NCBI GenBank assembly: GCA_010093815.1
Contig: ML996583.1
Direction: 5' to 3' (one strand)
Length of the DNA: 64,000 nt
Origin: Pseudovirgaria hyperparasitica
Taxonomy: Eukaryota
The notes under the pieces were generated by a model, which made no database searches, was not told the DNA's origin, and saw only the letters and a program-made list of their open reading frames with translations. Positions within the stretch are counted from its first letter, which is position 1. Every line of letters begins with the position of its first letter. The position numbers and the translations under genes are program-made. Positions 63,998 to 64,000 of the stretch are shown here, piece after piece.

Positions 63998-64000
63998 GAT

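Noticed and set aside
1..64000. tRNA, rRNA or transposon sequences
   Set aside because: I recognised no cloverleaf/T-loop signatures, rRNA, transposase or RT motifs, LTRs or TIRs by eye; tRNAscan-SE, Infernal and RepeatModeler were not run.

Overview
This is intron-rich eukaryotic DNA from a filamentous ascomycete (Pezizomycotina; the exact taxon cannot be determined). Manual splicing gives about 18 protein-coding genes plus one partial gene at the left edge. They are: a CDK/CAK-like kinase, Hym1/Mo25, a PAS-type hybrid histidine kinase, SCJ1-like DnaJ, a WSC protein, ornithine decarboxylase antizyme, MPE1, UBR1, RPL10, RPL30, a group X hybrid histidine kinase, an ankyrin+DIL protein, a DUF3824-like protein, mitochondrial SHMT and several uncharacterised proteins. 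The five-exon RPL30 gene (32903-33545, minus strand) is invisible in the ORF track. It carries three kink-turn RNA elements: a yeast-like L30-binding site over the start codon, and two tandem K-turn hairpins that fill its last intron. This points to a layered translation and splicing autoregulation circuit and is the most interesting signal here. Other features are a +1 frameshift in antizyme, two GC-AG introns, competing splice donors in the DUF3824 gene, a shared CGCTAAG motif upstream of both ribosomal protein genes, and a shift to microsatellite-rich, strand-skewed DNA after about 44 kb. All calls come from reading the sequence; no searches were run.
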